A DNA stretch of 64,000 bases. Origin: Paramoeba atlantica (lineage: Eukaryota; Protista; Discosea). A program made the translations under genes and the position numbers. Each line of letters begins with the position of its first letter. Position 1 is the first letter of the stretch. The notes below the pieces were generated by a model that ran no database searches, had not been told where the DNA came from, and saw only the letters and a list, made by a program, of their open reading frames with translations. Shown here in pieces: positions 22,430 to 33,486 of this stretch. The stretch is from the NCBI GenBank assembly GCA_977017575.1, contig CDRNVI010000014.1:124001-188000 (forward strand). Direction: 5' to 3'.

Positions 22430-23150
22430 GAGGGGTGGGCACGAAAATGTGGGGGGGGTCAAAATTTCTATAACGTGGACAATTTTGGAAAGTAGCACCG
22501 CATTCGAGAGCTCTCGCAGAGTTACGTGTCATGTGATAGTGCGTTTCCCGTATTTTTAAAGTTTTAAAAAAATTACAAAAAATCTTGATTTTTCAAAGTG
22601 CAAAATTCTGCAGTTAGGCCACTTTTTCGCTTTTTCTTCTTCTTTCCCTCCTCCTTTTTATTCGATGGGCCAGAAAAGAGCATACGTGACATGGGCTGTT
22701 ACAGCTCTTGTGGACAAATAAAAGCCTCTCATAGTATCTTCCAAGTAAAGAAATATGGGAAAACTGATTCTTTTTCCGCCTCCGCACGCCAAGCAGGTTG
22801 TCCTGAGAAAATCGGTGGGAATTACATGTTGCACTACATTCAGACTTTGAATTATTAAAAGGAGAACAACATGGCGTGTTCTTAAATGCTTTACGGAGCA
22901 TGCCTAGGCGAATTATGATTGTACTTGAAAAAAATGAGGATCTTGGCGGATATTATTCCGTTTTTAAATTTTTTGAAGTTGCAGTCGTCACTTTTGTCCC
23001 CTTTGGCATAGGGACCTACCCCCCTGGATACGGGAAACGCATTATCACATGACAAGTAACTCTGTGAGAGCTCTCGAATGCGGTGCTATTTACCAAAGTT
23101 GGCCAAGTCATACGAATTTTGACTCCCCCACATTTTCGTGCCCATCCCTG
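22430..23150. mobile_element. Non-autonomous Tc1/mariner MITE with about 125-bp TIRs
   Basis: 22430-22550 is the reverse complement of 23030-23150; TA flanks; TIR start resembles that of 14353. Confidence 0.85.
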
Positions 23151-23382
23151 TATACTATCCCCCCCTATTTAATAGGGCTACACGTGCCCCCCCTTAATAG
23201 GGCTATTTTGTCTAAAAGGTCAAACATTTTTCTAGGATGGGTATTTTTTTTGTGAAATCCGCCGCGAAGCGGCGGCTTTTTTTTTCCGGTGCATAGCTAT
23301 ACGAGTGTAAAAATTTGTATAAAAAAGCAGCAATACCTTCGTTTAGGAATTATAGAAAACTTCTCCTGAAAATTATTGCCCC

Positions 23383-24323
23383 ATGAATTTTCGGGAGGAT
23401 TTGGTGCCACGTGGACCGTTAAGCAACTGGATTGTTTCGCGTACTCCAGTGGCTCGTGTATCACGTTTAGTCGGAACTTTTGCTTCCGGACAAGAGCCTG
23501 GCATCTCTCTCCCTGAGAATTCTCTTTCAGCACGTCCCTCTCCCCTTCCCTTTGTTCCCCCATCAACACGCCGCAGAAAGCACTTGTCGGTGCAAGACAA
23601 GTTGTCCGTGTGTCGTTCTTCGTCTTCCGTATCAAAACTTGCGAAGGCGTATAGTGTTGCCGAGAAGACCGTACGGAAAATAAAGCGGGTGGGAGAAAAA
23701 GAATACCAATCAAGAATGAATCGTGGAGGTCGCAACAGGAAGCGTGAGCGAGCTTTCAATAGCTCGCGACAAGATTCTATGACAAAGGTTCATGAAACCC
23801 TTCTCGGTTTGTTGAATGGTCATAGCCCTATCACTCGTGATAGGGTGCTCCAGTTGCTGGGTGAACATGGAGCATTTTGGGAAGGACTGAGTGAAAAGGC
23901 GAAAGAAAGAGCGTATAAGCACTTTCGTTACGTGTTTGGATGGACTTGGCGAACGTTTGGAAAAACTCAAGCGATCACACCGTCAGATATTGATCAACGC
24001 ATAAGACGATGGTCGCATCATCTGTACTCGCAGCACGATGTTCGACAGTACAGCTACGTTATTTTCGGAGATGAAACAAGCGTTAGCGTCGACGGCGAAC
24101 TGAAGGGGAAAACTTTTTGTCGCCAGTGGGCGCGACTTCAGTCAAAGTCGTTCGTACGAACGAAAAGCAAACAGTGACTATTTTTCTTGCCGCCTTATTT
24201 TCCGTCAAGGAGAAGGAGGTGTATCCTCTTCCCCCATGTATCATTTTTGAATCGAGCTCCAAGGATACTGCAGATTCGAGAATCTTAAAGGAGACGGGAG
24301 GGATAAGACGGGAGGGATCTTAA
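23383..24323 (+). pseudogene. pogo/Tigger-type (CENP-B HTH + DDE_1) transposase, frameshifted and truncated
   Basis: RKHLSVQDKL..KLAKAYSVAEKTVRKI HTH, IFGDETSV, then EKQTVTIFLAA..LPPCIIF in the next frame; element end CTATCCCCCCC at 23155. Confidence 0.85.
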
Positions 24324-25084
24324 AGGAGGGGTCTTTCCTTAAATTGAACCCACTCTTTAAAAGACCCACTCTGCAACGGTTCAGAAAACGTTGAAGAGTT
24401 TCAGGAAGCGTTGTGAAATTGTTATTAGTCGGAACGGGGGGCACTGTGGTTACTAATTGTCTTTTGCAATCCAAATTACAGAAATTATTGACACCACTAA
24501 AGTATTGCAATATGTGTTTTTGACCCTTACATGAAAGGGGGGTACCCCCCAAACCCCGGAAGCTACCTATCCTAAAACATACAACTCTGTGAGAGCTATC
24601 CAATGCGCTATTATTTTCCAAAATTGGACAACTTTTACGAATTTTAGACCCCCCCCCCCACCTTTAGATTCGCACCCCTGTATGCCGTTCCTTCGACGTT
24701 GGTACATCTAAGCGCAACGCATGACGCTTCCGCCAAGATGATCGTGAAGTGGTTGCATTCTTTGAAAGTCGTTTGAAGTGATTGAATTTCAGAAGTTTTC
24801 CGTCATTAAATGTTGAGACGAGCGCACGAATGTTCTTTGTGGGAGAATTTCGCGCTTTGGATCTGTTGAGTCAAGAGTCATTTTACTGTATTTGCTAAAG
24901 GATAAGATATTGATTAGGAGATGGAGAGTATAACTGCCCTTTAAACAAAAAGGAAATGTACTTCATGTCCTTTCCCTAGCAATGAAAATTTGCATGGTAG
25001 ATCACAATTTGTTTCGGAAGGCGGGTTCGTGCGGGTCTATGGACCCAGGTCCGGACCCGCGAAAGATATAATCATTGATCGGAA

Positions 25085-28000
25085 CTAAACTATATCACAA
25101 TTCAATTCACGTGTTTTTAATTCCTTTTCCAAACGTGAAACATTTTTCCCCTGTACAAAACCGCAAAAAAGCCCTGCGCGCGAGCCGAGTCGGCTTAAAC
25201 TTTGTGTCACTCGCAGCACGCTTTCCAGCGTGGTTCGCGGAGCTCCTGCTTGAAAAGCAGATCGTAGAATCATCTCCTCCTGAAGCGTCAGACACCAAAC
25301 TTGCGGGGCATGCCGGAGCAGCGTACACAACATTTGTTCTATGGGAAGAGGAAATCCAGCATGAGTATTTCCTCGCGAACCGTATGAGGAAGCCGGGCAA
25401 TGCAAATTATGGCTTCCTTGAAACTTACGTGCCAACTCGGCCAAAACAGTATAGGGTAAAATTAAAATATCGTACAAACCCGCCGAAGGGGAAGTCCCTG
25501 TACTACGGCTGGTAGATCTTCTTCGAAACAACGTGCGATAGCTTTCCACGGGCGAACCACGATACGAGGGGTTACTACTGCTCATACCCCTCTCCGTATC
25601 GTTGTTTCCTGCTTTCTGTGTCAAGTTGGTATGGGCCTCGGGGCGATTCTCACCATACATAAACATTCGAGCTGCCTGTGTGCTCTCTAATGCTAAAGGC
25701 GTAAGCACGAGAGCTCGACCCACTAATTGGGGTGAACGTTGTAGAGGCAACGCAACACGGAAATATTCGCCTACAGAGTCGGTATCATTTTTTGCACTCA
25801 AAGAGGTATTCCTCGAATCTTGCTGCATTCCCCAAGGTTGTTCTTTCATCAAATGAGAAACACTGGACAAGACACCGGTTTCCCCGAAATAGAGCTCCCA
25901 GATCGTTTGTTCCGCCAATCGTACCCAGCTCTCCTCATCAGAGGGTAAATAAAACACGGGCAGCGTACGCAAAGACTTTGCGACACATTGTTCCGCATAG
26001 GCGCCCGATTTTGTATTCCCAATTTTGGTATTTCGCAGCATTTCGAACGGTTGCACACACTTTTGAACCCCATAACCATCACCCCCTTTTGTTGTTGGAT
26101 GCAACGCCACGGTACCACAACTCTCAAACACATGGGAGAGTGCCAATCGTAGCCCCTGATCGCCTTGCTTTACCCTATTCGCTACCCGGGGGTAGTTCTC
26201 CAACCACTCCACCATCGCGTCCACCCCTGAAACAGCCCCACAAAGCCCCGCATAGGCCCCCAACACCGCCATCGTGGTGGTTTTACTCCCCATCGCCACA
26301 CCCCTTTCTCTCATCTCCCCCAGCACCGCCTGGATCGCCACCCACTGCGCACTCCCGGGATTGTCCATCCCCTCAAACGGGTTCACGATGGAGCGACAAA
26401 ACCTTCGGGCCGACGATGGTCGCCCCGCGCATTTCCCCAACACATAGGGGTAAACCGACAACGGCACCATTATCCCTTGTTGTCGTAACACCCGCAGTAC
26501 CGCAATCCCATCCCCCACGTACCCCCCATTTACCAGGGCGAGTACGTGAGAGGCGTAGGCTCGAGGGGACAATCGAACATTTGCTGTGATTCCCATGTTC
26601 TCTTTACCATAAGAGTTTACAGAGCTTTCCTCATTCTCTTTATCACTAAAGTTCAAAGAGAATCCCTCTTTTTCTTTATTCTTAATGTTTAAAGAGTTTC
26701 CCTCTTTTTCTTTATCAATAAAGTTCAAAGAGCTTTCCTCTTTTTCTTTATGACCAAAGTCTAAAGCGTTTCCCCTTTTATCTTTATTACGACAAGCGTT
26801 CAAACGCTCCTCCTTTACCTTCTCCTGGGCTTCCACAAAGAAGCTGTGTTGCTGGTGGACGTCCCCGAGGCTCGCTGCGGTATGCATGAGGGACTCATAC
26901 ATCGCAGCGGTAATGGGGAGGTGGAGCTCATCCCGGGCTTGCCGGTATAAGGCCGTCGCGAGGGAGAGACGGTGGGGGTAGTCGGTGGATTGGGAACAGG
27001 CGAAGAGGAGAGCGGAGAGGAGAGGGGGGGTCATGGTTGTTATGCCTCTGTTTGTGGTTGTTTTCGTAAGATTTGTGGTTGTTTTCGCACTATTTGTGGT
27101 TGTTTTCGCACTATTTGTTGTTATTTTCGTAATATTTATTGTTTTCACATCTGTTTTCGTCATCAAATTTGAGGAGGAAGATGCAGGAGTGGAAGAAGAA
27201 GACAAGGCGCAAAGCTCTGTGTTTTGGGGTTGTGGATGTGTCATCCCCTCATCAGACGACACCCCGGCATTAGGTTCGTCTACCACCGGTATTTCAACCC
27301 CTTTTTCAATCAGCTCGAGCACAAATTTAAGCTCACTCTCCCGTCGTACGGTGGTACACAGGGAGGTGAGGATGGACTCCGTGAGGGGACCGGGGTACCA
27401 GTATAAAACCTGGGCGGCGGTCGCGAACGGCTCGTCGGTGTTTGCACATAACACAATCGAGCTCGCGACCATCTCACTGGTGACAAGGCCAGGGTGGGTC
27501 TCCAGCGCTTGTTGTAGCGCGGAGAGGTTTCCAAACACACTGGAGGTTCGTTGCAGGTAGGCGTACTGCACCGGGAAGGTGGCTTGAAGAGAGGGAGGGA
27601 GACAGGACCAGAGTTGGTCCGGGGTGTCATCGAGGGTGGTCTCGGTATCGGATTCGGAGGGGTCGAAGTTCGTTATGGGGTCGGTCCATAATTGCTGTAG
27701 TTTCGATGGAGTTGTGTTATCGGAGGTCTCGGAGTTGGGGAAGGATTCGGTAGGAACTTTCTCAGGTAACTCTAGGGCGTAGAGCGCCTCTTGTTGTGTG
27801 AGCTCTATTCCGGCATTTTGTACGTCACGTACGACTTGCACAATGCACCCAGGGGCATAGGGAGCGCTTCGAAGTTCCTGTAAAAGATTCGGGGCTTGGC
27901 CCTTTCGTCCGGTCTTTCGAATTTGATCAAGGAGACTGGAGTAGGCACACGAGTCAGTCGGCCGATAGACGGAAAAAGACAGTGCTGTCTCTGTATTCCC

Positions 28001-28306
28001 TTTCTTGTGATCTGTTGTATCTTCAGAAGATGCAAAGTCACTTTCCTTGAAGGTACTGCTTTTTTGATATTTAACTTGAACAGGAGATGGGTGACGTACC
28101 GGACGTGAACCACCGCTTGCATTATCTTTACCACGTTGAAAGGAGAGTCCAACATGCATACTTCGCCTAGTCGACAAAAATGAATCGCGTTGAGACGTGA
28201 TTACCCTGTGAAGTGAACTAAGTGATTCAATAAAAAAATCTTGGTAATCTTTTTCAGCCTGATTTAGAAAACAGTTGGCGCGGTTGTACAGAAAACGCGG
28301 AATCAT
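25085..28306 (-). CDS. Pentatricopeptide-repeat-like protein, 1073 aa, probably mitochondrial
   Basis: PPR-like helical motifs (LLSALLFACSQ, AMYESLMHTAASLGDV, AYASHVLALVNGGYVGDGIAVLRVLRQQGI); basic N-terminal leader. Confidence 0.7.
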   Translation of the reverse strand: MIPRFLYNRANCFLNQAEKDYQDFFIESLSSLHRVITSQRDSFLSTRRSMHVGLSFQRGKDNASGGSRPVRHPSPVQVKYQKSSTFKESDFASSEDTTDHKKGNTETALSFSVYRPTDSCAYSSLLDQIRKTGRKGQAPNLLQELRSAPYAPGCIVQVVRDVQNAGIELTQQEALYALELPEKVPTESFPNSETSDNTTPSKLQQLWTDPITNFDPSESDTETTLDDTPDQLWSCLPPSLQATFPVQYAYLQRTSSVFGNLSALQQALETHPGLVTSEMVASSIVLCANTDEPFATAAQVLYWYPGPLTESILTSLCTTVRRESELKFVLELIEKGVEIPVVDEPNAGVSSDEGMTHPQPQNTELCALSSSSTPASSSSNLMTKTDVKTINITKITTNSAKTTTNSAKTTTNLTKTTTNRGITTMTPPLLSALLFACSQSTDYPHRLSLATALYRQARDELHLPITAAMYESLMHTAASLGDVHQQHSFFVEAQEKVKEERLNACRNKDKRGNALDFGHKEKEESSLNFIDKEKEGNSLNIKNKEKEGFSLNFSDKENEESSVNSYGKENMGITANVRLSPRAYASHVLALVNGGYVGDGIAVLRVLRQQGIMVPLSVYPYVLGKCAGRPSSARRFCRSIVNPFEGMDNPGSAQWVAIQAVLGEMRERGVAMGSKTTTMAVLGAYAGLCGAVSGVDAMVEWLENYPRVANRVKQGDQGLRLALSHVFESCGTVALHPTTKGGDGYGVQKCVQPFEMLRNTKIGNTKSGAYAEQCVAKSLRTLPVFYLPSDEESWVRLAEQTIWELYFGETGVLSSVSHLMKEQPWGMQQDSRNTSLSAKNDTDSVGEYFRVALPLQRSPQLVGRALVLTPLALESTQAARMFMYGENRPEAHTNLTQKAGNNDTERGMSSSNPSYRGSPVESYRTLFRRRSTSRSTGTSPSAGLYDILILPYTVLAELARKFQGSHNLHCPASSYGSRGNTHAGFPLPIEQMLCTLLRHAPQVWCLTLQEEMILRSAFQAGAPRTTLESVLRVTQSLSRLGSRAGLFCGFVQGKNVSRLEKELKTRELNCDIV

Positions 28307-28565
28307 GAGGTGAGAGTAATCATAAATTAAGAAAATAACCTAAGTTTTCATGTTTCTCCTTTCCAGTACAACTTTAGAGCGCAATTTCTTGCTTTTAATC
28401 CCGTCTTTATTCTTATTTTATCTTTGCATAAAGGTGTACACAAGCTCATCGCCCTCGAAGGAGCCCTCTTTTGTATTGTTGTGATTTCCTCTTGAAGGTG
28501 CATATCAAGTGTTTATAAACACTCATGCCCTATAGCGGAGGGCAAAGATTCCAGCACCACATAAA

Positions 28566-29468
28566 TTACGAGAATAAATCACAACGGAATATTCTAGGAA
28601 GCTGGTAATCTAACCTTACATTACTTGATTCAAAGTGTAACGGTAAGAATTTACTAAAAAAGTTGTGCGATAGATTAATTTTGCATTTAACGGGGAGCCG
28701 ACGTAAGTCCGCGCACCCACTCAACTGATTGTAACTTACATCCAGACTACGCATATTTTCCGGGAGATACATAAAATCCACCACCCCTCTCGAGGGGGTG
28801 CGCAAAAAATTACCTCTCAACCACAGCATCTGCAACGCCCACGGAAGCTTCCCCAGCCTCAACTCCCCTTGAAACTTATTTTTTGTGAGATCCAATACCT
28901 CCAACTGCGGAGGCAACGCTTCCAACGCTAACTCCCCTTGCAGGGCGTTATCCGACAAATACAACGCCTTCAACCCCAAAGGCAAACTGGTCATCCGCAA
29001 CCCCCCCGTAAACCGCTGTTTGGTGAAATCAACCACCTCACAGAGCGGGGAGAGATGCTGCAGTGCGAGGGGTCCGGTTAATTTAGGAAACCGAATCCCC
29101 GAGGTTCGATTTTCCGCCTCCTTCGGTATGAAATCCTGCGGGAGAAAGACCCGGGTGACACTCCGTGGCAGAGCGGACCAGACCAAACTCCCGTGCCAGT
29201 TACGTCCGGAGAGCACCCGCACGTTTCCCTCGGGGTCACACTGGATCCCCTCCCAGGAGCACAGCGGGGTTTGCAGGTTCCAGTTGTCGGGGCGGTTGCG
29301 TACGTGCTGGGCGAAGCCAAGCAGTTGAGTCGCCTCGTGTGGTGTGGGGTCGAGGTGGGGAGAAGAGCGTAGGGGCCGGAGAGGGACCTCGGAGGAGAGG
29401 AGGGGAAGGGAGGGGGAGAGGAGAGGGGAGAGGAGGAGGAGGAAAATGAGCCGGAAGGGCGGGAACAT
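28566..29468 (-). CDS. LRR protein with signal-peptide-like N-terminus (start MFPPFRLIFLLLLS)
   Basis: CSWEGIQC cap and about 6 LRRs; the ORF is open to 29708 but the upstream part is pyrimidine-tract-like. Confidence 0.85.
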   Translation of the reverse strand: MFPPFRLIFLLLLSPLLSPSLPLLSSEVPLRPLRSSPHLDPTPHEATQLLGFAQHVRNRPDNWNLQTPLCSWEGIQCDPEGNVRVLSGRNWHGSLVWSALPRSVTRVFLPQDFIPKEAENRTSGIRFPKLTGPLALQHLSPLCEVVDFTKQRFTGGLRMTSLPLGLKALYLSDNALQGELALEALPPQLEVLDLTKNKFQGELRLGKLPWALQMLWLRGNFLRTPSRGVVDFMYLPENMRSLDVSYNQLSGCADLRRLPVKCKINLSHNFFSKFLPLHFESSNVRLDYQLPRIFRCDLFS

Positions 29469-29881
29469 GGAGGAAAAAAGGGGAGGGGGAGGAGGGGGAA
29501 AAACGAGAAGGAAAAGAAGATTAAATGGTCTGAGAAAAGGGTGAAATAAGAAATGGTGCAAAGCAAAAGCATGAATGAGTTTTTTAAAATGAGGAAGTAC
29601 CGCTCCATACATGGAATTATAAAGGAACCTTTTTGAAAAACCTTTTTGTAGAAAGTGGAAGGTCAAGTTTTTTATAAACAATACTGTACCCCGGTAGTTA
29701 CCAGCCACTACTTTTCGTGAAAAGGTGAGAGCATGGAATTACATAAACGGTATCTTTATGGCCTAGAAAAATTTCTTTCTACCGCAATGAGGTACTATAC
29801 TGTATGCTGAAGACATGCATCTACGGATATAAAACGGCCCAAACATTTATAATGGACACGAAAAAGTTAGTTTTGGTTTTC

Positions 29882-31089
29882 TTAGTTAGGTAGCTTTCTT
29901 ACTATTCTATTACTCACTGTTATTCTCGTCTTTTCAACATTGTAGCACAAATTCTTCAGTGCGCCATCTACATCCAAGTAACCTTCCAATTCTTCGTTGG
30001 AACTCAAATAAAATTCCCTCAAGGTTAGCGGGAGAGAAGAAAAATCTACATAGCCTTCAAATCTGTTGTTAGTGACTGGCAAGTGTTCTAGCATGGGCGG
30101 GAGATTACACAGGTTTGGGGTTCCCGTAAATTGGTTGTTAAATAAAGTAATCATTTGCAATGTTGGAGTCAATGTTTCGAAAGAGAAATTTCCCGAAAGT
30201 TCATTTTGATGAAGCATACATGATATCATACGCTCGTGGCGCAGAGATACGTCTCTCTGTGTGACGGCCGATACCATCGGCGCATGACCCGCATACGACG
30301 GGTGTCACACAGAGAGTGGAGTGCGAGGTAGGAGACGAGACGCCCATCGGTCATGCTACAGCACGTATAGCCATGGTTCATGCTGCAACACGGTCAAGCC
30401 GTGGGTTCATGCTGTCAGATGGTCTATCGTGGATTATGATGCATCATGGGGAGGTCCGTTACCGCCGCACTCGCTACAGCATGTAGGGAGAGAGGGGTGC
30501 AAGTTCGCATCCCCTATACACGCATACAACGTGTCCTCCCGCTGTAGCACGCCCAGTGGTCCTCAAGGGAGGCCACCATGGCGCATGGCTCCCGGGAGAA
30601 GAAAGCACGAGAAGGAGAGAGCCGGGGAGGGAAGAAAGCTCACTCGAAGAGAGCGAGCCGGGGAGGGGTGAAGAGTGCGAAGTGCGTCCCCTACTTCCGC
30701 GACAAAGAGGGACAGTTCCAGCTAGCCGTCAGCCGGAAACGGGCATTTAAAAGTAAGAATATGCCCGTTTCCGGGAAAAGAAAGGAAGGGCTAGCAAAAC
30801 CACCAATGTCCTGTAGAGTCACCAATGTCCTGGGCAAATATTTCAGATTCAGTTCACCACGAAGTTTTAAATGCGACCACTGCAGAGTGACTATAGTGTC
30901 AGATAGATCGCATGAGATACAACCCCATTCACACGCCGGTGTATTCGTACTCCAACTAGAGGGATGATGCTCCACATTACGTATGAGTCGCATTAAATTA
31001 TATTCCACTGGTAGTGAAGCTCCGGTAACCTTACCTGCATGTACAGTCGGCTGTGTATCCGACGTCAGGAGTGTATGTAGTGGAGGCAT
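29882..31089 (-). pseudogene. LRR gene split by a 597-bp insertion
   Basis: ...LPRTLVTL | insertion 30215-30811 | LHQNELSGNF...; both halves align with 20480-21097. Confidence 0.92.
30215..30811. mobile_element. Structured dispersed non-coding element, copy 2
   Basis: Interrupts an LRR gene, which shows it is mobile; homologous to 338-865 at both ends; no TSD. Confidence 0.85.
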
Positions 31090-31315
31090 AAAAAGTGTTG
31101 GGTGATATGCAGTATAAATGTAGGTTGAAAGCCGATGTCTGAAAATACATTAGAACAAGTATGTTTACAGTATTTGAAAAAGAATTAATGCCTCAGAAAC
31201 GTGTACGATCGCGAACCTCACGATTTCCCTTCCAGAGAGATGGTTATTCACCACCTGAGAAGGTAAAGCCGTCGCATCGCATGCTTCTCGTGGACCATTA
31301 CCTTCGTACATACGT

Positions 31316-31939
31316 TTAGGTGAAGCACATTACTTTTCTTACATGTATTATTCCACTACTGACCGTAATTCTCGTCTGTTCAACATTGTAGCACAAATTC
31401 TTGAGTACGCCATCTACATCCAAGTAACCTTCCAACTTTTTGTTTGAATTTAAATATAATTCGCTCAAAGTAAGCGGGAGTGAAGAAAAATCTGCATTGC
31501 CTTCAAATTTGTTCTTACTCATAGACAAGTATTCTAGCATGGGCGGGATATTACACAGGTTTGGGGTGCCGGTAAATTGGTTGATAGATAAAGTAACTGT
31601 TTGTAATGCTGGGGGCAATGTTTCGAAAGGGAAATTTCCCGAAAGTTCATTTTGATGAAGAAATAGAGCCACCAATGTAACGGGCAAATATTTCACATTC
31701 AGCTCACCACGAAGGTGTAAATGCGACCACTGCAGATCGACTACATTGCCAGATTTATCGCAATCGATATGTTTCCATTCACACGCTGGTGTATTCGTAC
31801 TCCAGGTAGGATGATGACTTTCTACTTTCTGTACGACTCGCTCCAAACTATATTCCACTGGTAGTGAAGCTCCGGTAACCTTACCTGCACGTACAGTCGG
31901 TTGTGTATCCGACGACAGGACTGTAAGTATTAGAGGCAT
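31316..31939 (-). CDS. Leucine-rich repeat protein, 207 aa
   Basis: Close paralog of 20480-21097. Confidence 0.92.
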   Translation of the reverse strand: MPLILTVLSSDTQPTVRAGKVTGASLPVEYSLERVVQKVESHHPTWSTNTPACEWKHIDCDKSGNVVDLQWSHLHLRGELNVKYLPVTLVALFLHQNELSGNFPFETLPPALQTVTLSINQFTGTPNLCNIPPMLEYLSMSKNKFEGNADFSSLPLTLSELYLNSNKKLEGYLDVDGVLKNLCYNVEQTRITVSSGIIHVRKVMCFT

Positions 31940-32617
31940 AAAAAATATTAAAATGTTAGTAAAATAATACTCGCTATTTTTTCTAAACTATGGATAACAA
32001 GCGTGCTTGTTACGCCAACCTTCGAAATACATCGAAGGGAGGAGCGTTAGTTATACAACCAATGTGATACAGCGACCCCCATCAAGAGAATGGGTTTCCG
32101 GCCAATGCCTACGAAACTAAAATTTAAGCATTAAATTAAAGCATGGGGGAAGGGGGGCAGGTATTAAACAGAAAATGGGGGGTATGAGTATGATGCTGTA
32201 CAGCATCCTTTAGATCATAGTACGGTGTACGTATCGATTTGGAAATAAGAAACGGAACTGAAAAATCCCTAATGAGTGTATCTCATAGACGATTGGCCTC
32301 AAAGACATTTTGGCGGAGCTGCTCATTGATCTACTGAAGGTGGCAAAGGAGTGCTGCTCTGGACGAAGAATTCTGTGAATTCTGGATCAGAGAATTCCGT
32401 GAATTCTCTGGGGGGATATTGCGGTCAAAGCTCGGAAAGTACTAAGTACTGCCCCTCCCGTTTAAAGCGCACCAGTCCAAGTAGCAGTGCTTCACTCTTA
32501 GTTCGTCGCACTTTTGTTCTAATGGTTAGAATCTAATCTTTAAACAATCGAGAACTTAGCCGCAGTAATACAACCATTGACATAATGGGTAGTAAGCGAA
32601 GAAAGATACGAGGATTC

Positions 32618-33394
32618 CTATCCAAGAAAAAGATTAGTGTTTGGAAGAGATGTACATCTTCCACGTTCATGAAGGACAGAGGGATGTTTCCTGCTGCCCT
32701 TTTCCTGAGACGCAGTATTTTCTGCTGTACTTTGCTCAATTTTCCTTCGCTCTGCTCGGGTAAGTAGTGGGGTTTTCGCCTTTGGCGTCACATCAACGAT
32801 GACGCACCGCCCCACTTGAGAGGCGATCCGTTCGATCTGGTGATTAAACAGTTTCCGTGATTTACGGTTGACGCGTTCAGCAAAGCCCCTTTCTTTCATT
32901 AACACGCGCGACTGCGCCATATGCTGATTCCATTGCTCTTGCGCTTTTCTTGTGTCTTCTTCGTCGGCACCGTCCCCCGTCATTTGGAATGCTTGTTCCC
33001 TTTCTTCTCGTTTTCGGTGAGTACGAAGAGCTTGAGCGTAAATGTCTTCCACATCTTCAATAGGGGAGCTTCTATTTGTAGAAGCATCACGTTCAGGAGA
33101 AGGTTCTGTGGATGTCTGTCCTCGTTGAGGCTGTTGTTTCTTTAACATTTTTTGAAACGATTCTTCACTGGATTGACACTGTTCTTGTCGTGTCCGATCC
33201 GCCTGCTGCTGCAGGTGACGCGTTTTTTCTTCCTTGTGCATAAGATAGAGGAAATCATCCTTTTCCCAAAGTGACATGTTTTCAAACCTAACAGCGAGCT
33301 CAGGATCCTTGGAGAGCTTTGCGCGTAGCAAGCGGTTGGCAATGATTTTCTCTCGCAGCGAATCAGAGAGAATAACCTGCAGTCTACGAAACAT
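32618..33394 (-). CDS. Hypothetical coiled-coil protein, 258 aa
   Basis: Long ORF on the gene-cluster strand; MFRRL leader suggests mitochondrial targeting. Confidence 0.65.
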   Translation of the reverse strand: MFRRLQVILSDSLREKIIANRLLRAKLSKDPELAVRFENMSLWEKDDFLYLMHKEEKTRHLQQQADRTRQEQCQSSEESFQKMLKKQQPQRGQTSTEPSPERDASTNRSSPIEDVEDIYAQALRTHRKREEREQAFQMTGDGADEEDTRKAQEQWNQHMAQSRVLMKERGFAERVNRKSRKLFNHQIERIASQVGRCVIVDVTPKAKTPLLTRAERRKIEQSTAENTASQEKGSRKHPSVLHERGRCTSLPNTNLFLG

Positions 33395-33486
33395 TGTAGA
33401 AGAGAAATCTTAACATGTTAATCGTAGTGCCCTTAAATAGTAACCAATAGTATGTGTATGTACCTGTAGTGTTTTAAAGATTTTGG

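Noticed and set aside
30733-30800. Helitron call for the structured element (hairpin followed by CTAG/CTAA)
   Set aside because: The insertion continues past CTAG, is not between A and T, and has no 5' TC end.
31190-31285. tRNA-like segment upstream of an LRR gene
   Set aside because: No consistent cloverleaf or intact GTTCRA T-loop.
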